Position numbers and translations under genes: made by a program. 34,270 nt of DNA from an uncultured Anaerolineaceae bacterium (GTDB taxonomy: Bacteria > Chloroflexota > Limnocylindria > Limnocylindrales > CSP1-4), in contig CAZFXH010000279.1 of the NCBI GenBank assembly GCA_964522905.1, forward strand, positions 1-34,270. The letters are read 5' to 3'. The notes under the pieces were generated by a model, which worked only from the letters and a program-made list of their open reading frames with translations, had not been told where the DNA came from and searched no databases. Shown in pieces: positions 7,331 through 16,756 of the stretch (within the stretch, counting starts at the first letter, position 1; the number at the start of each line of letters is the position of its first letter).

Positions 7331-8518
7331 GGCGGACCGCCACGCGTCGCGGACCTTGATCCGCCCCGCCGTCTGGAGCACCGCGCCGGCGTACACCCGC
7401 GCGCCGACGTTGAAGAGGACCCAGATCGCGGCCACGGTGATCGCGACCGATAGCAGGATCTCGAGCGGCCCGATCGCATCGAACGCGGCCCGGAGCGGCA
7501 CGACGAACGGCGCGGACGGCGGCAGGTAGGTCGCGACCTGTGCGACGAGTCCGGAGGGGTCGTTGATCACGGCGAAGATCGCAACGAAGTAGCTGACCAT
7601 GGCGATCATCGTGACGGGCGTCGAAGCGTTCGAGGCTTCCTCCATGCGCGACGCCAGGGCCCCGAGGAACCCGAGCGCCGTCGAGTAGAGCGCATAGCCG
7701 AGCACGAACCAGAGCGCCAGGAGCGGGATCGCGGTCGGGGTGGTTTCGGGCAGCACGAACCGATCGGTCAGCACGGCGGCTCCCAGGGCTGCCGCCACGA
7801 AGACGGCCAGCTGGATCAGCCCCAGGATGCCGATCCCGAGCACCTTGCCCATCAGGAGATCGCGCGGGCGAACGGTCGAGAGCACGACCTCCACGACACG
7901 GCTCTGCTTCTCCTCGACGACCCCCGTGAGCACGGTGTACCCGAAGCTGAAGATGCCCACCAGGATAAGGACGGCGCCGATGTTCGCGAACAGGAACCGG
8001 GCATCGTCGGCGTCGGTCTGTGGGTCGAGCGCATCGACGGCGGGCACCTGCTGGGCGGCAAGCAGGTCGGCGGGGGAGACGCCGGCGTCGGTCAACACGG
8101 CTTGCGTTCGCATCGCGACGACCGCCGCTGAGACGAGCTGGGTCACGGTCTGATCCGGCTCCTTGTCGAATCGGATCTCGCCCGGACCGGACAGGTCGGC
8201 TGGCACGATGGCGACGGCCGCGACCGACTCCTCGGCCAGGGCTGCATCTGCCCCGGCCTCGTCACCGAACGGCACGACCTCGACCTCCCGGTCGAGCTGG
8301 CCGGCGGTTGCCAGGATCGCCGTCGACAACCCGGGTGGCTCCGGTTGGACGACCCCGATCTTCGTGGCGTCGTCCTCGCCGAACAGCACCGAGGGCACGA
8401 TGAACGACCCGACCACGAGGGCGGTCGTGAACAGGACCGATAGGACGAACCCGCGGCTCCGACCCCGCTCGATGATCTCGCGACGTGCGACGAGCCAGAC
8501 GCTCCGCCAGCGACTCAT
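7322..8518 (-). CDS. ABC-2 type transporter permease (NatB-like)
   Basis: 398 aa with an N-terminal TM, a large loop and then a cluster of 5 TM segments. Its ATG overlaps the ATPase gene stop (ATGA at 8515-8518). Confidence 0.85.
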   Translation of the reverse strand: MSRWRSVWLVARREIIERGRSRGFVLSVLFTTALVVGSFIVPSVLFGEDDATKIGVVQPEPPGLSTAILATAGQLDREVEVVPFGDEAGADAALAEESVAAVAIVPADLSGPGEIRFDKEPDQTVTQLVSAAVVAMRTQAVLTDAGVSPADLLAAQQVPAVDALDPQTDADDARFLFANIGAVLILVGIFSFGYTVLTGVVEEKQSRVVEVVLSTVRPRDLLMGKVLGIGILGLIQLAVFVAAALGAAVLTDRFVLPETTPTAIPLLALWFVLGYALYSTALGFLGALASRMEEASNASTPVTMIAMVSYFVAIFAVINDPSGLVAQVATYLPPSAPFVVPLRAAFDAIGPLEILLSVAITVAAIWVLFNVGARVYAGAVLQTAGRIKVRDAWRSAGE

Positions 8519-9435
8519 GGCGTCTCCTCCGTGACCGACGACGGCGCCGGTGTCACTGCTTCCATGAAGAGCTCGGACAGTTTCGGCGGCTGGTAGGCGA
8601 ACGTCCGGACCTCGCCCGCCGCCCGGGCGCGCGCGAGGAGCGCATCGAGGTCGACGTCCTCGGAAACCAGCAGCTTCACCCGGTCGCCGCTGCGCTGCAG
8701 GACCGTCAGCTCACCCATGCCGTCGAGCCAGGCGCCGTCGGAGCCGACGACCTCGACTTCGAGGTGCCGACGCCCCGATCGCGCCTTCAGCTCATCGATC
8801 GCGCCCGCGGCCACGATCCGCCCGCGGGCGATGATCACGACGTCCTCGCACACATCCTCTACGAGGTCCAGCTGGTGGCTGCTGAAGACGACCCCGACGC
8901 CGGCCTTGGCCCGCTCGTTGACGACCTCGGTCATCGTCGCGATCCCGAGCGGGTCGAGCCCGGAAAAGGGTTCGTCGAGCACGAGCAGCTCCGGGTCGTG
9001 CGCCAGGGCGACGGCCAGCTGGACCCGCTGCTGGTTGCCGTGCGAAAGCTCCTCGAGCTTGGCCTTCGCCCGATCGCCAAGGCCCATCCGCTCCAGCCAG
9101 CGCGTCGCGGCCGCCTGCGCGTCCCGCCCGGAGAGGCCGTGCTGTTGGGCGAAATAGGACAGCTGCTCCGCGACCCGCATGCGTGGGTACAAGCCGCGTT
9201 GCTCGGGCATGTAGCCGAACCGCAGGCGGGCGTCGCGGTCGACCGGCGTGCCCATCCAGCGGACATCGCCGCGATCAGCCCGAGCGAGGCCGAAGATGCA
9301 GCGCATCGTCGTCGTCTTGCCTGCGCCGTTGGGCCCGAGAAAGCCGACGATCCGACCGGGTCGCGCCGTGAACGTGGCACCGTCGAGCGCCACGACGGGC
9401 CCGTAGCGCTTGGCGAGGTCGTTGACTTCGAGCAT
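8515..9435 (-). CDS. ABC transporter ATP-binding protein (NatA-like)
   Basis: Walker A GPNGAGKTT, signature LSHGNQQRV and Walker B LLVLDEPFSGLD. The likely start is MLEVNDLAKRYG at 9435. Confidence 0.9.
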   Translation of the reverse strand: MLEVNDLAKRYGPVVALDGATFTARPGRIVGFLGPNGAGKTTTMRCIFGLARADRGDVRWMGTPVDRDARLRFGYMPEQRGLYPRMRVAEQLSYFAQQHGLSGRDAQAAATRWLERMGLGDRAKAKLEELSHGNQQRVQLAVALAHDPELLVLDEPFSGLDPLGIATMTEVVNERAKAGVGVVFSSHQLDLVEDVCEDVVIIARGRIVAAGAIDELKARSGRRHLEVEVVGSDGAWLDGMGELTVLQRSGDRVKLLVSEDVDLDALLARARAAGEVRTFAYQPPKLSELFMEAVTPAPSSVTEETP

Positions 9436-9498
9436 ATCCCCCCGTGGTCGCTTCCGGCGCCGGCACCCGCAGGGCAGGAGCATACCGCCACGAACGAG

Positions 9499-9527
9499 GA
9501 CCCCGGCCTGTGCAGCAGGCCGGGGTC
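9499..9527 (-). terminator. GC-rich hairpin downstream of the cupredoxin gene
   Basis: GACCCCGGCCTG-TGCAG-CAGGCCGGGGTC, a perfect 12-bp stem 27 nt after the stop. There is no clear U-tract, which is common in high-GC genomes. Confidence 0.6.
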
Positions 9528-9553
9528 GGGAGCGGCGGAGAGCGAACGGATGG

Positions 9554-9964
9554 TCATTCGGCGGTGAGCGTCCCCTTCATGTCGGGATGGACTTCGCACC
9601 AGAACTCGTAGGCGCCGGCGGCGAGTGCCGGGACGTCGTACGTGACCTTGGTGCTGCTCACGATCTCGCCCTTGAACTTCTCACCCGAGGCGTCCTTGAT
9701 GGCGACGTTGTGCGGTGCGGCTTCCTGGTTGTCGAGGACGATCTGGAAGGCCCCGTCGGCGGGGGCCGTGATGGACGCCGTCAAGAACTTGAGGTCCTTG
9801 GCGACAACCACGATCCCGTCGCCCGCTGGGGCGGTGGCGGCCGGCGCGGAGGCGGCCGGGGCGGAGGCTGCCGGGCTGGACGTGGACCCAGCGGATGCCT
9901 CGGAACAGGCTGCGGAGATGGCGGCGAGGGCCACGAGGGCCAGGCTCAGGACGAGGCGCTTCAT
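9554..9964 (-). CDS. cupredoxin (type-1 copper, plastocyanin/amicyanin-like) lipoprotein
   Basis: Signal peptide with lipobox LAAISAAC and a Pro/Ala/Ser linker (PAASAPAASAPAATAPA). Copper ligands are in AAPHNVAI and FWCEVHPDM (C-x2-H-x2-M). AAGGAG RBS. Confidence 0.85.
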   Translation of the reverse strand: MKRLVLSLALVALAAISAACSEASAGSTSSPAASAPAASAPAATAPAGDGIVVVAKDLKFLTASITAPADGAFQIVLDNQEAAPHNVAIKDASGEKFKGEIVSSTKVTYDVPALAAGAYEFWCEVHPDMKGTLTAE

Positions 9965-10000
9965 CGGATCGGTGCTCCTTGTCGTCGCGTTGTCGGGCGC

Positions 10001-10024
10001 GCGGCCGGGATCGCTCCCGGCCGC
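10001..10024 (-). terminator. GC-rich hairpin downstream of the 4-TM protein gene
   Basis: GCGGCCGGGA-TCGC-TCCCGGCCGC, a perfect 10-bp stem 12 nt after the stop at 10036. Confidence 0.55.
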
Positions 10025-10035
10025 GACGGTTGGGG

Positions 10036-10461
10036 TCAGGCGCCGGCACCCTCTGGGCGGCGGCCGGTGACGAGAGCGGCGAACGATGCCAGCTCGCGCT
10101 TGACCACGGCGATGGGGTTGCCATCCATCCGGGCGAAGTCGACGGCGACCAGGACGATCAGCGCGACCTCGATGGCCTTGGCGATGTAGGCCGTCTGGTA
10201 GAACGGCCCCTGGATCGCCCAGCCGAGGATGGTGGTGAGGGCGTAGCCGATGAGGCCGAGACGCACCGCCCAGCGGAAGCGCACCGCGAGGGCGATCGGG
10301 GCGATCATCGCGACCGCGGCCACGGCGTAGCCGATCGCGTTCAGCGTGAAGAGCAGGCCACCCAGCGTCGAGTGGATGTAGCCGGTCGCCAGCGCCAGGC
10401 CCACGATGGCGGCGCGGGTGACGACGTCGGAAGCGCGGAGCTGCGTTCGGGTAGCGAACAT
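10036..10461 (-). CDS. small integral membrane protein (4 predicted TM helices), function unknown
   Basis: ATG at 10459-10461. MFATRTQLRASDVVTRAAIVGLALATGYIHSTLGGLLFTLNAIGYAVAAVAMIAPIAL... forms four hydrophobic spans. The ORF-track extension to 10773 is Arg-rich and unlikely. Confidence 0.7.
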   Translation of the reverse strand: MFATRTQLRASDVVTRAAIVGLALATGYIHSTLGGLLFTLNAIGYAVAAVAMIAPIALAVRFRWAVRLGLIGYALTTILGWAIQGPFYQTAYIAKAIEVALIVLVAVDFARMDGNPIAVVKRELASFAALVTGRRPEGAGA

Positions 10462-10654
10462 CTGGTGTCGGGACCTCAGCTTTCGGTGTGACCGGTCAGG
10501 CGTGCCGTGTCGTGCCGGTATCGTCCGGTCCGAGGCCCGCCGGTCGCGCCGGACAAGGAACCCCGATCCACCTCGACACTCGCCCCGGCGACCGCGCCGA
10601 CGTGCGACCACCTCGTCTTCGGCCGGATGACGTAGCGCATTCGGCCGAACGGCG

Positions 10655-13600
10655 ATGCGCGTCCCTGGCGGACCCGTCGTATCCTCGCTGCCGATGACCG
10701 CCCCGACCCGACCGCATCGCCGGACGCCCGCCGATCCCGACGGAGGGACGGGCGGGATCCACGAGCTCCTCACGAGCGCCGTCGAGGAGGCTGCCCGCCT
10801 GCTCGACGCGGACGGCGCGATGGTCTACCTCGTCGACCCCGCGACCGGGAACTTGCGGTTCGCGCATGACGCCGGCATCCGCAGCGAACGAAGCCGCGAC
10901 TGGGTGCGTGGCCTGGAGCTGGCGCCCGGGACAGGGATGTTCGGGCGTGCCCTCGTCGAGCGCGCCGTCGTCGTCACGAACGACTACGCGAACGATCCCT
11001 CGTTCCGCCACGCTCCGCAGACCGACCGCGTCGTCGAGGACATCGGGATCCGCTCGATGGTCGTGGCGCCGCTCGCGGCCGGCGACCAGGTCTTCGGGGC
11101 GATGGGTACGTTCTCCACCCGCGTCGACGCCTTCGACAAGGCCCAGATCGCGCTCGTCCGCTCGCTCGCGGATCACGCCGCCGCGGCCATGGCGAACACT
11201 CGCCTGATCGAGGATCTCGACCGGTCGCGCTCGGAGCTCGCCCATCGAGCCGAGGTCGAGCGAACGCTTCGGGAGATCAATGCCAGGATCTCGGCCGCGG
11301 CCGACCTCTCGAGCGTGCTGCAGCTCGCGGTCGACGAAGCGGCGCGCCTGTTGCACGCCGACGGTTCCCGGATCGACCTCGTCGATGCGGAGTCAGGCGT
11401 CCTCCGCTGGGCCTACGCCTCGGGCGAGGTCAAGCCCGACGACGAGGCGCGCTATGTCGATCCCGCCGACACACCCGAGCAAGGGATCGCCGGCCAGGCA
11501 TTGATCCAGGCGCGCCCGATCTGGACGGGCGATTACGCTGCCGACGAGAGCTTCCCGCACGGGCCCGGCGGCGACGCCTACGTTGCCGAATTCGGCATCC
11601 GCTCGGTCATGGCCGCGCCGCTGGTCGGGGAGGCTGGCCCCTTCGGCACGCTGTCGGTCTTCTCCACCCAGGCCGACGCGTGGCGTGACGCCGAGGCGGG
11701 CCTGCTCGAGTCGATCGCCGCGCAGGCGGCTATCGCCATCACCCGGACCCGGCTTCTCGATGAGCTCGACCGTTCCCGCAACGCCCTCGTCCGTCGCGCC
11801 GGAGCGGAGCAGGCGTTGCGCGAGATCGCGGCGCGAATCACCGCGATGCGCGATCCGTCGGAGATCCTCCAGCAGGTGGTCGAGCTCGCGAGTCGCCTGG
11901 TCGGCGGGCAGGGTGCGATCCTCGACATCCTCGAGCCCGGCACCGACCGGTTGCGCTGGGCGTTCGACGACGGCCTGCGGCACCTCTTCTCCGAGGAAGA
12001 GCGGGCGAAGCTGTGGATCTCGGTCGGCGAGGGCGCGACGGGGACGGCCGTCGCGGAAGACCGGGTGGTCGTCGCCGGTGACGACCTGGCGGCGCTGTTC
12101 CCGCCCAGCCCCGAATCGAGCGCCTTCTACGATCGCACCGGGTTTCGCTCGATGATCGCCGCGCCGATCACCGGTGAGCATGGCCCGCTCGGCGTCATCG
12201 AGGTCTACGCGGTGGTGCCGGACGCCTTCGACGGCGAGGACTCGGCCCTCATCCAGGCGCTCGCTGGTCAGGCCGGCATCGCCATCACGAACGCGCGGCT
12301 CATCGACGAGCTCGAGCGGTCGCGCGAGGAGAACGCCCAGCGCGCGGACGCTGAACGGACGCTGCGCGAGATCGCTGTCCGGGTCTCGTCGATCCTCGAC
12401 CCCGACACGGTGCTGACCCGGATCGTGGCGGAGTCCGCGCGCCTGCTCGACTCCGATGGAGCCCGCATCGACCTCTGGGACGAGGGGCTCGGAGCGTTGC
12501 GCTGGGCCTACTCGTCAGGCGATGCGATGTCCGAGGTCCCCGAGTGGGGTCGGACGGGTGGGCTCAAGCCGCGCCAGGCCGTGGCCGGTCTCGCCTTCGC
12601 CGAGCAGAAGCCGATCATGACCGAGGATTTCCTGGCGGACGAACGGTTCGAGACGACCCCCGAGATCGAGGCGTTCGTGCGTAAGGCCGGCATCCGCTCG
12701 GTCATCTCCGTGCCCTTGACCGGCGAGGGCGACGCTCCCCTCGGCGTGCTGTCGGTCGTCTCCCGTGAGCCCGGCGCCTACACCGACACCGAGGTCGAGC
12801 TGCTCACCGCCCTTGCCACACACGCCTCCATCGCGATCACGAACGCGAACCTCATGGAGCAGCTGGCCCGCTCGCGCGAGGACATCCAGCGGCGTGCGGA
12901 GGCCGAGGCCAGCCTGCGCCAGATCGCCGCGCGCATCACCGCGCTGCGCGAACCCGACGAGGTCCTCCAACACGTCGTCGACGAGGCGCGACGGCTGCTG
13001 CGCGCCGACGGTGCCCTCATCGACCAGTACGACCCGGAGAGCGGCACGCTCCAGTGGGCCTACGACGCCGGGCTCGAGCCCGACCAGCGCGAGGCGGTCA
13101 AGATGACCAACCTGCGCCTGGGTGAGGGTGTGTCCGGCAAGGCCGTGGCGGAAGCCCGGGTCATCCACGCCGGCGACTACCTCGAGGGCGAGTTCCGCCA
13201 CGACGAGCTCGCGGACTCGCTGGTCGAACGGGCCGGGGTGCGGGACCTGATCGCGGCCCCGATCATCGGCGAGGCGGGCCCGCTCGGCGCCATCGAGGTG
13301 ATGAGCCGGCGTCCGCACGCGTTCGACGACCTCGACGCGACGGTCCTCGGCGGCCTGGCGGAGCAGGCGGCCATCGCGATCACGAACGCGCGCCTGATCG
13401 ACGAGCTGGAGCGCTCGAGGCTGGCGCTCGCCCGGCGGGCGGAGACCGAGCGGTCGCTGCGCGACATCACGGCCCGGATCGCCGCGCTGACGGACCCCGA
13501 CGAGGTACTCGAGCGCGTGGTCGAGGACGCCAAGCGGCTGCTCGCCACCGACGGCGCGCACCTGACCCGGATGGGGCCCACGGGGACGTACCTCATCCCG

Positions 13601-16189
13601 GTCGTGGTGACCGGCGCGGGCGACGATGCCACGCGCGAATGGCTCCTGGGCATGCAGTTCCCGCTCGGGGCGGGCATCAACGGCCTCGCCGCGCAGGACA
13701 GAGCGCCCGCCTGGACCTTCGACTACGTGGCCGACCCACGGATCCCCCACGAGCCGGACGACGACTCCGTCGCGGCGCGACTCGGATTGCGTGGCATGGC
13801 CGCGACGCCGCTCCGCGCGCCCGGCGGCGAAGTCATCGGCACGCTCGCGGTCTCGACCGCGGAGCCGCGCATCTTCGAGGCCGACGACCTCGACCTGCTC
13901 CAGGGCCTCGCCGACCAGGCGGCGATCGCGCTGACGAATTCGAACCTCCTCGCCCGTCTGACCCGCGAGGAAGCCCGCTTCCGGGGTCTGGTCCAGACGA
14001 CCCCGGACGTCATCTGGCAGGCCGATCGCGAGGGCTACTTCACCTTCGTCGCGGATTCGGCCGAAGGGCTGTTCGGCTGGCCGGTCGAGGAGATCATCGG
14101 GCAGCACTTCGCCTTCCTCACCGCCCCCGATTCCATGCCCGTCGCCATCAAGTCGTATGCGGCCGTCGGCGCCGACCCAGAGCTCGTCGAACGCGTGCCC
14201 CTGACCCTGGTCCGTCGCGACGGGTCCACCTTCGCGGCCGAGGTCACGACGTCGGGCGTCTTCGAGGATGGCAGCTGGGTGGGTGCCCAGGGCACCGTCC
14301 GCGATGTCGGCGTGCGAGAACGGCTGGAGCGCGAGCTGCGCGATTCGGAGGAGCGCTACCGGTTTCTCGTCCAGAACGCCCCGGACCTGGTCTGGTCGAT
14401 CGGGCCCGACGCGCGTCTCACGTTCCTCTCGGATGCCGTGGAGCGGCTGACCGGCTTCCGGCCCGAGGAGCTCCTGGGCCAGCATTTCGGGGCGATCGTC
14501 CACGCCTCGTCGAGCGACGTGGCGGAGATCGACTGGACGGCCGCCATGAACGCGCCATCGCAGGAGGTGCGCGGTCGCATCAATCTCCAGCACCGCGACG
14601 GATCAGCGGTCCCGGCCGAGTTCATCGCCGTGGCGACGCTGGCCGAGGACGGCACGTTCGCGGGCGCCAACGGAGCCGTGCGCGACATGCGCGAGCGCGA
14701 CCGACTCGAGCGCGAGCTGCGGGCCTCCGAGGACCGCTACCGGACCCTGGCCTCGTCGTCGCCGGACCTGGTCTTCGCGACCGACGGGCAGGGTCGCTAT
14801 ACCTTCCTGTCCGATCGGGCGCAGACGACGCTCGGCTGGGATCGCACCGCGGCGATCGGCCGTTCGTTCATGGAGTACGTGGCCCCGGGCTTCGAAGCGG
14901 CGGCCGCCGCCAGCCACCAGGCGGTCCTCGATGCCCCCGAGCAGGTCCACTCGTCGCGGATGGACTTCCTTGACGGGTCGGGCAAGGCCGTCCAGCTCGA
15001 GATCAACGTCGTCGGCAAGGTCGAGGACGGCGAGCTCGTCGGGATCAACGGCGTGGCGCGCGATGTGTCCGAACGCGAGCGACTCGAGCGCGAGCTCATC
15101 CGATCGGAGGAGCGCTACCGGTTCCTCGTGCAGAACTCCCCGGACGCCGTCTTCTCCACCGACGTCGACGGGAACTTCACGTTCATCTCGGCGGCGATCG
15201 AGCGCCTGACTGGCTACACGGGGAGCGAGCTCGTCGGGAAGCGATTCGGGACGATCGTCGACGCGGAGGACCTCCAGGTCGCGGGCGGTCGCTGGGAGGA
15301 GCTCGTGACGGACCCGGACCACGAAGTCCAGGCCGCCCAGGTGCTGCGCGGTCGCGACGGTCGACGCACTCCGGTCGACGTCCGCGCGGTCGGCATCACG
15401 GTCGATGGCCGGTTCGCGGGCATCCAGGGCGCGGCACGCGACGTGAGCGACCAGGTCCGCCTGGAGCGCGAGCTGCGCCGCCAGGCCGGCGAACTGGCCG
15501 CCGGCGAGGAGCGGGCGCACCTCGCGCGCGAGCTGCACGACTCGGTCACCCAGGCGCTGTTCTCGATGACCCTCGTGTCGCGCTCCGTCGAGATGCTGCT
15601 GGAATCCGACCCCGACACCGCTCGGACGCACCTGGCCCAGCTGCGCGAGCTGCAGCGCGAGGCACTCGCCGAGATGCGCGCGCTCATCTTCGAGTTGCGG
15701 CCCGGCAATCTCGAGCAGGACGGCCTGGTCCGAGCCGTCAAGACCCACAGTGCCGCGCTCCAGGGCCGGCTGGGCCTCCCGGTGGTCGTGGAGAGCGACC
15801 TCGAGGAGCGGCTGCCGCTGGCGGCGGAGGAGGTCCTGTACCGCATCGCCCAGGAGGCACTCCACAACGTCGTGAAACACGCCGCTGCCCGACAGGTCCG
15901 CGTCGAGATCCGTCAGCGCGAGGGCGGCGTCCGGCTGCGCGTCGAGGACGACGGCAAGGGGTTCGACCCGACCAGCGTGCCGGATGGCCACCTTGGCCTG
16001 GCCGGCATGCGGGCCCGCACGGAACGGGTCGGCGGCACATTCGCCTGTGAGAGCCAGCCCGGGTCCGGTACGTCGGTCGAGGTGGAGTTTGGCCCGGGCG
16101 TGCTCGCGGACCTGCGAGCCGCAGCGTCCGCCGGCGACGCCGCGCGCACGACCCCCCCGGCCGGGACCCCGTCGATCCGCGACGGATGA
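10655..16189 (+). CDS. soluble multi-domain sensor histidine kinase: 6 x GAF, 4 x PAS, HisKA_3, HATPase_c (NarX/DesK-type core)
   Basis: 1,844-aa ORF (alternative ATG 10694) with no TM segment. H-box EERAHLARELHDSVTQALF (His codon 15536-15538), N-box EALHNVVKHA, G-boxes DDGKGF and GLAGMRARTERVGG. Confidence 0.92.
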   Translation: MRVPGGPVVSSLPMTAPTRPHRRTPADPDGGTGGIHELLTSAVEEAARLLDADGAMVYLVDPATGNLRFAHDAGIRSERSRDWVRGLELAPGTGMFGRALVERAVVVTNDYANDPSFRHAPQTDRVVEDIGIRSMVVAPLAAGDQVFGAMGTFSTRVDAFDKAQIALVRSLADHAAAAMANTRLIEDLDRSRSELAHRAEVERTLREINARISAAADLSSVLQLAVDEAARLLHADGSRIDLVDAESGVLRWAYASGEVKPDDEARYVDPADTPEQGIAGQALIQARPIWTGDYAADESFPHGPGGDAYVAEFGIRSVMAAPLVGEAGPFGTLSVFSTQADAWRDAEAGLLESIAAQAAIAITRTRLLDELDRSRNALVRRAGAEQALREIAARITAMRDPSEILQQVVELASRLVGGQGAILDILEPGTDRLRWAFDDGLRHLFSEEERAKLWISVGEGATGTAVAEDRVVVAGDDLAALFPPSPESSAFYDRTGFRSMIAAPITGEHGPLGVIEVYAVVPDAFDGEDSALIQALAGQAGIAITNARLIDELERSREENAQRADAERTLREIAVRVSSILDPDTVLTRIVAESARLLDSDGARIDLWDEGLGALRWAYSSGDAMSEVPEWGRTGGLKPRQAVAGLAFAEQKPIMTEDFLADERFETTPEIEAFVRKAGIRSVISVPLTGEGDAPLGVLSVVSREPGAYTDTEVELLTALATHASIAITNANLMEQLARSREDIQRRAEAEASLRQIAARITALREPDEVLQHVVDEARRLLRADGALIDQYDPESGTLQWAYDAGLEPDQREAVKMTNLRLGEGVSGKAVAEARVIHAGDYLEGEFRHDELADSLVERAGVRDLIAAPIIGEAGPLGAIEVMSRRPHAFDDLDATVLGGLAEQAAIAITNARLIDELERSRLALARRAETERSLRDITARIAALTDPDEVLERVVEDAKRLLATDGAHLTRMGPTGTYLIPVVVTGAGDDATREWLLGMQFPLGAGINGLAAQDRAPAWTFDYVADPRIPHEPDDDSVAARLGLRGMAATPLRAPGGEVIGTLAVSTAEPRIFEADDLDLLQGLADQAAIALTNSNLLARLTREEARFRGLVQTTPDVIWQADREGYFTFVADSAEGLFGWPVEEIIGQHFAFLTAPDSMPVAIKSYAAVGADPELVERVPLTLVRRDGSTFAAEVTTSGVFEDGSWVGAQGTVRDVGVRERLERELRDSEERYRFLVQNAPDLVWSIGPDARLTFLSDAVERLTGFRPEELLGQHFGAIVHASSSDVAEIDWTAAMNAPSQEVRGRINLQHRDGSAVPAEFIAVATLAEDGTFAGANGAVRDMRERDRLERELRASEDRYRTLASSSPDLVFATDGQGRYTFLSDRAQTTLGWDRTAAIGRSFMEYVAPGFEAAAAASHQAVLDAPEQVHSSRMDFLDGSGKAVQLEINVVGKVEDGELVGINGVARDVSERERLERELIRSEERYRFLVQNSPDAVFSTDVDGNFTFISAAIERLTGYTGSELVGKRFGTIVDAEDLQVAGGRWEELVTDPDHEVQAAQVLRGRDGRRTPVDVRAVGITVDGRFAGIQGAARDVSDQVRLERELRRQAGELAAGEERAHLARELHDSVTQALFSMTLVSRSVEMLLESDPDTARTHLAQLRELQREALAEMRALIFELRPGNLEQDGLVRAVKTHSAALQGRLGLPVVVESDLEERLPLAAEEVLYRIAQEALHNVVKHAAARQVRVEIRQREGGVRLRVEDDGKGFDPTSVPDGHLGLAGMRARTERVGGTFACESQPGSGTSVEVEFGPGVLADLRAAASAGDAARTTPPAGTPSIRDG
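10760..13945 (+). other. array of six tandem GAF modules (~183 aa / ~550 nt period)
   Basis: Each module ends AIAITNARLIDELERSR-x8-RAEAERxLREIAARI. The joint leucines fall at residues 184, 367, 549, 733, 914 and 1098 (nt 11204, 11753, 12299, 12851, 13394, 13946). Confidence 0.85.
13961..15450 (+). other. array of four tandem PAS modules
   Basis: Each is introduced by ERYRFLVQNxPD or EARFRGLVQTTPD and closed by G-x-VRDV/M-x-ERxRLERELR. Joints lie near nt 14320, 14695, 15072 and 15452. Confidence 0.85.
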
Positions 16190-16275
16190 CGTAGCTCGGG
16201 CCGGTCGTTCCGCCGACGGCTCCTCGGTCGAAGGTCGCTTTCGTTCACCCGTGCCGAGGGGCCACCATCTGAGGC

Positions 16276-16677
16276 ATGTCCGCCCTTGACGCCCGGTCCG
16301 ATGTGCCGCTGCGCATCGTGGTCGTCGATGCCGATGACCGGGTCCGCGAAAGCCTGATCGGACTGCTCGAAATCGGCGATCAGGTCCTGGTCGTCGGAAG
16401 CTCGGGCCAGGCGGAGACGGCGCTTGCCCTGGCCCGCGAGCATCGGCCCGACGTCGTCGTCGTCGACCCACGCCTGCCCGAAGTCGATGGCGGCGTGAGC
16501 TTCATCGGCGAGCTGCGAGTCTGCTGCCCGGACATCCGGGTCCTCGCCATGAGCTGGTCGGACGCCCTCGAGCGCCCGGCCATGGACGGGGGGGCCCACG
16601 GCTTCGTCCGCAAGACCTTCCGACCCACGGAGCTGATCGCCGCGATCCTTGCGGCGGGTCGGCCCGTCGACGCCTGA
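16276..16677 (+). CDS. stand-alone response-regulator receiver (REC-only) protein
   Basis: 133 aa with acidic pocket VVVDADD, phospho-acceptor context DVVVVDPRLPEVDG, Ser in VLAMSWS and Lys in GFVRKTF. There is no output domain. GAGG RBS. Confidence 0.85.
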   Translation: MSALDARSDVPLRIVVVDADDRVRESLIGLLEIGDQVLVVGSSGQAETALALAREHRPDVVVVDPRLPEVDGGVSFIGELRVCCPDIRVLAMSWSDALERPAMDGGAHGFVRKTFRPTELIAAILAAGRPVDA

Positions 16678-16756
16678 GGAGCCCGCTTTGCTAGACTCGT
16701 CGCCGTCCCCAACGATCCCGCCCACCAGCAGCGGCGCGACTGCGCCGGGAGCCGAC

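Noticed and set aside
12515-16471. Very long antisense ORFs (692 aa and 622 aa, minus strand) opposite the histidine kinase gene
   Set aside because: Their Arg/Gly/Pro/Asp-rich low-information composition is typical of shadow ORFs in 70% GC DNA, and they show no recognisable motifs. They fully overlap a plus-strand ORF with unambiguous GAF, PAS and HK motifs.
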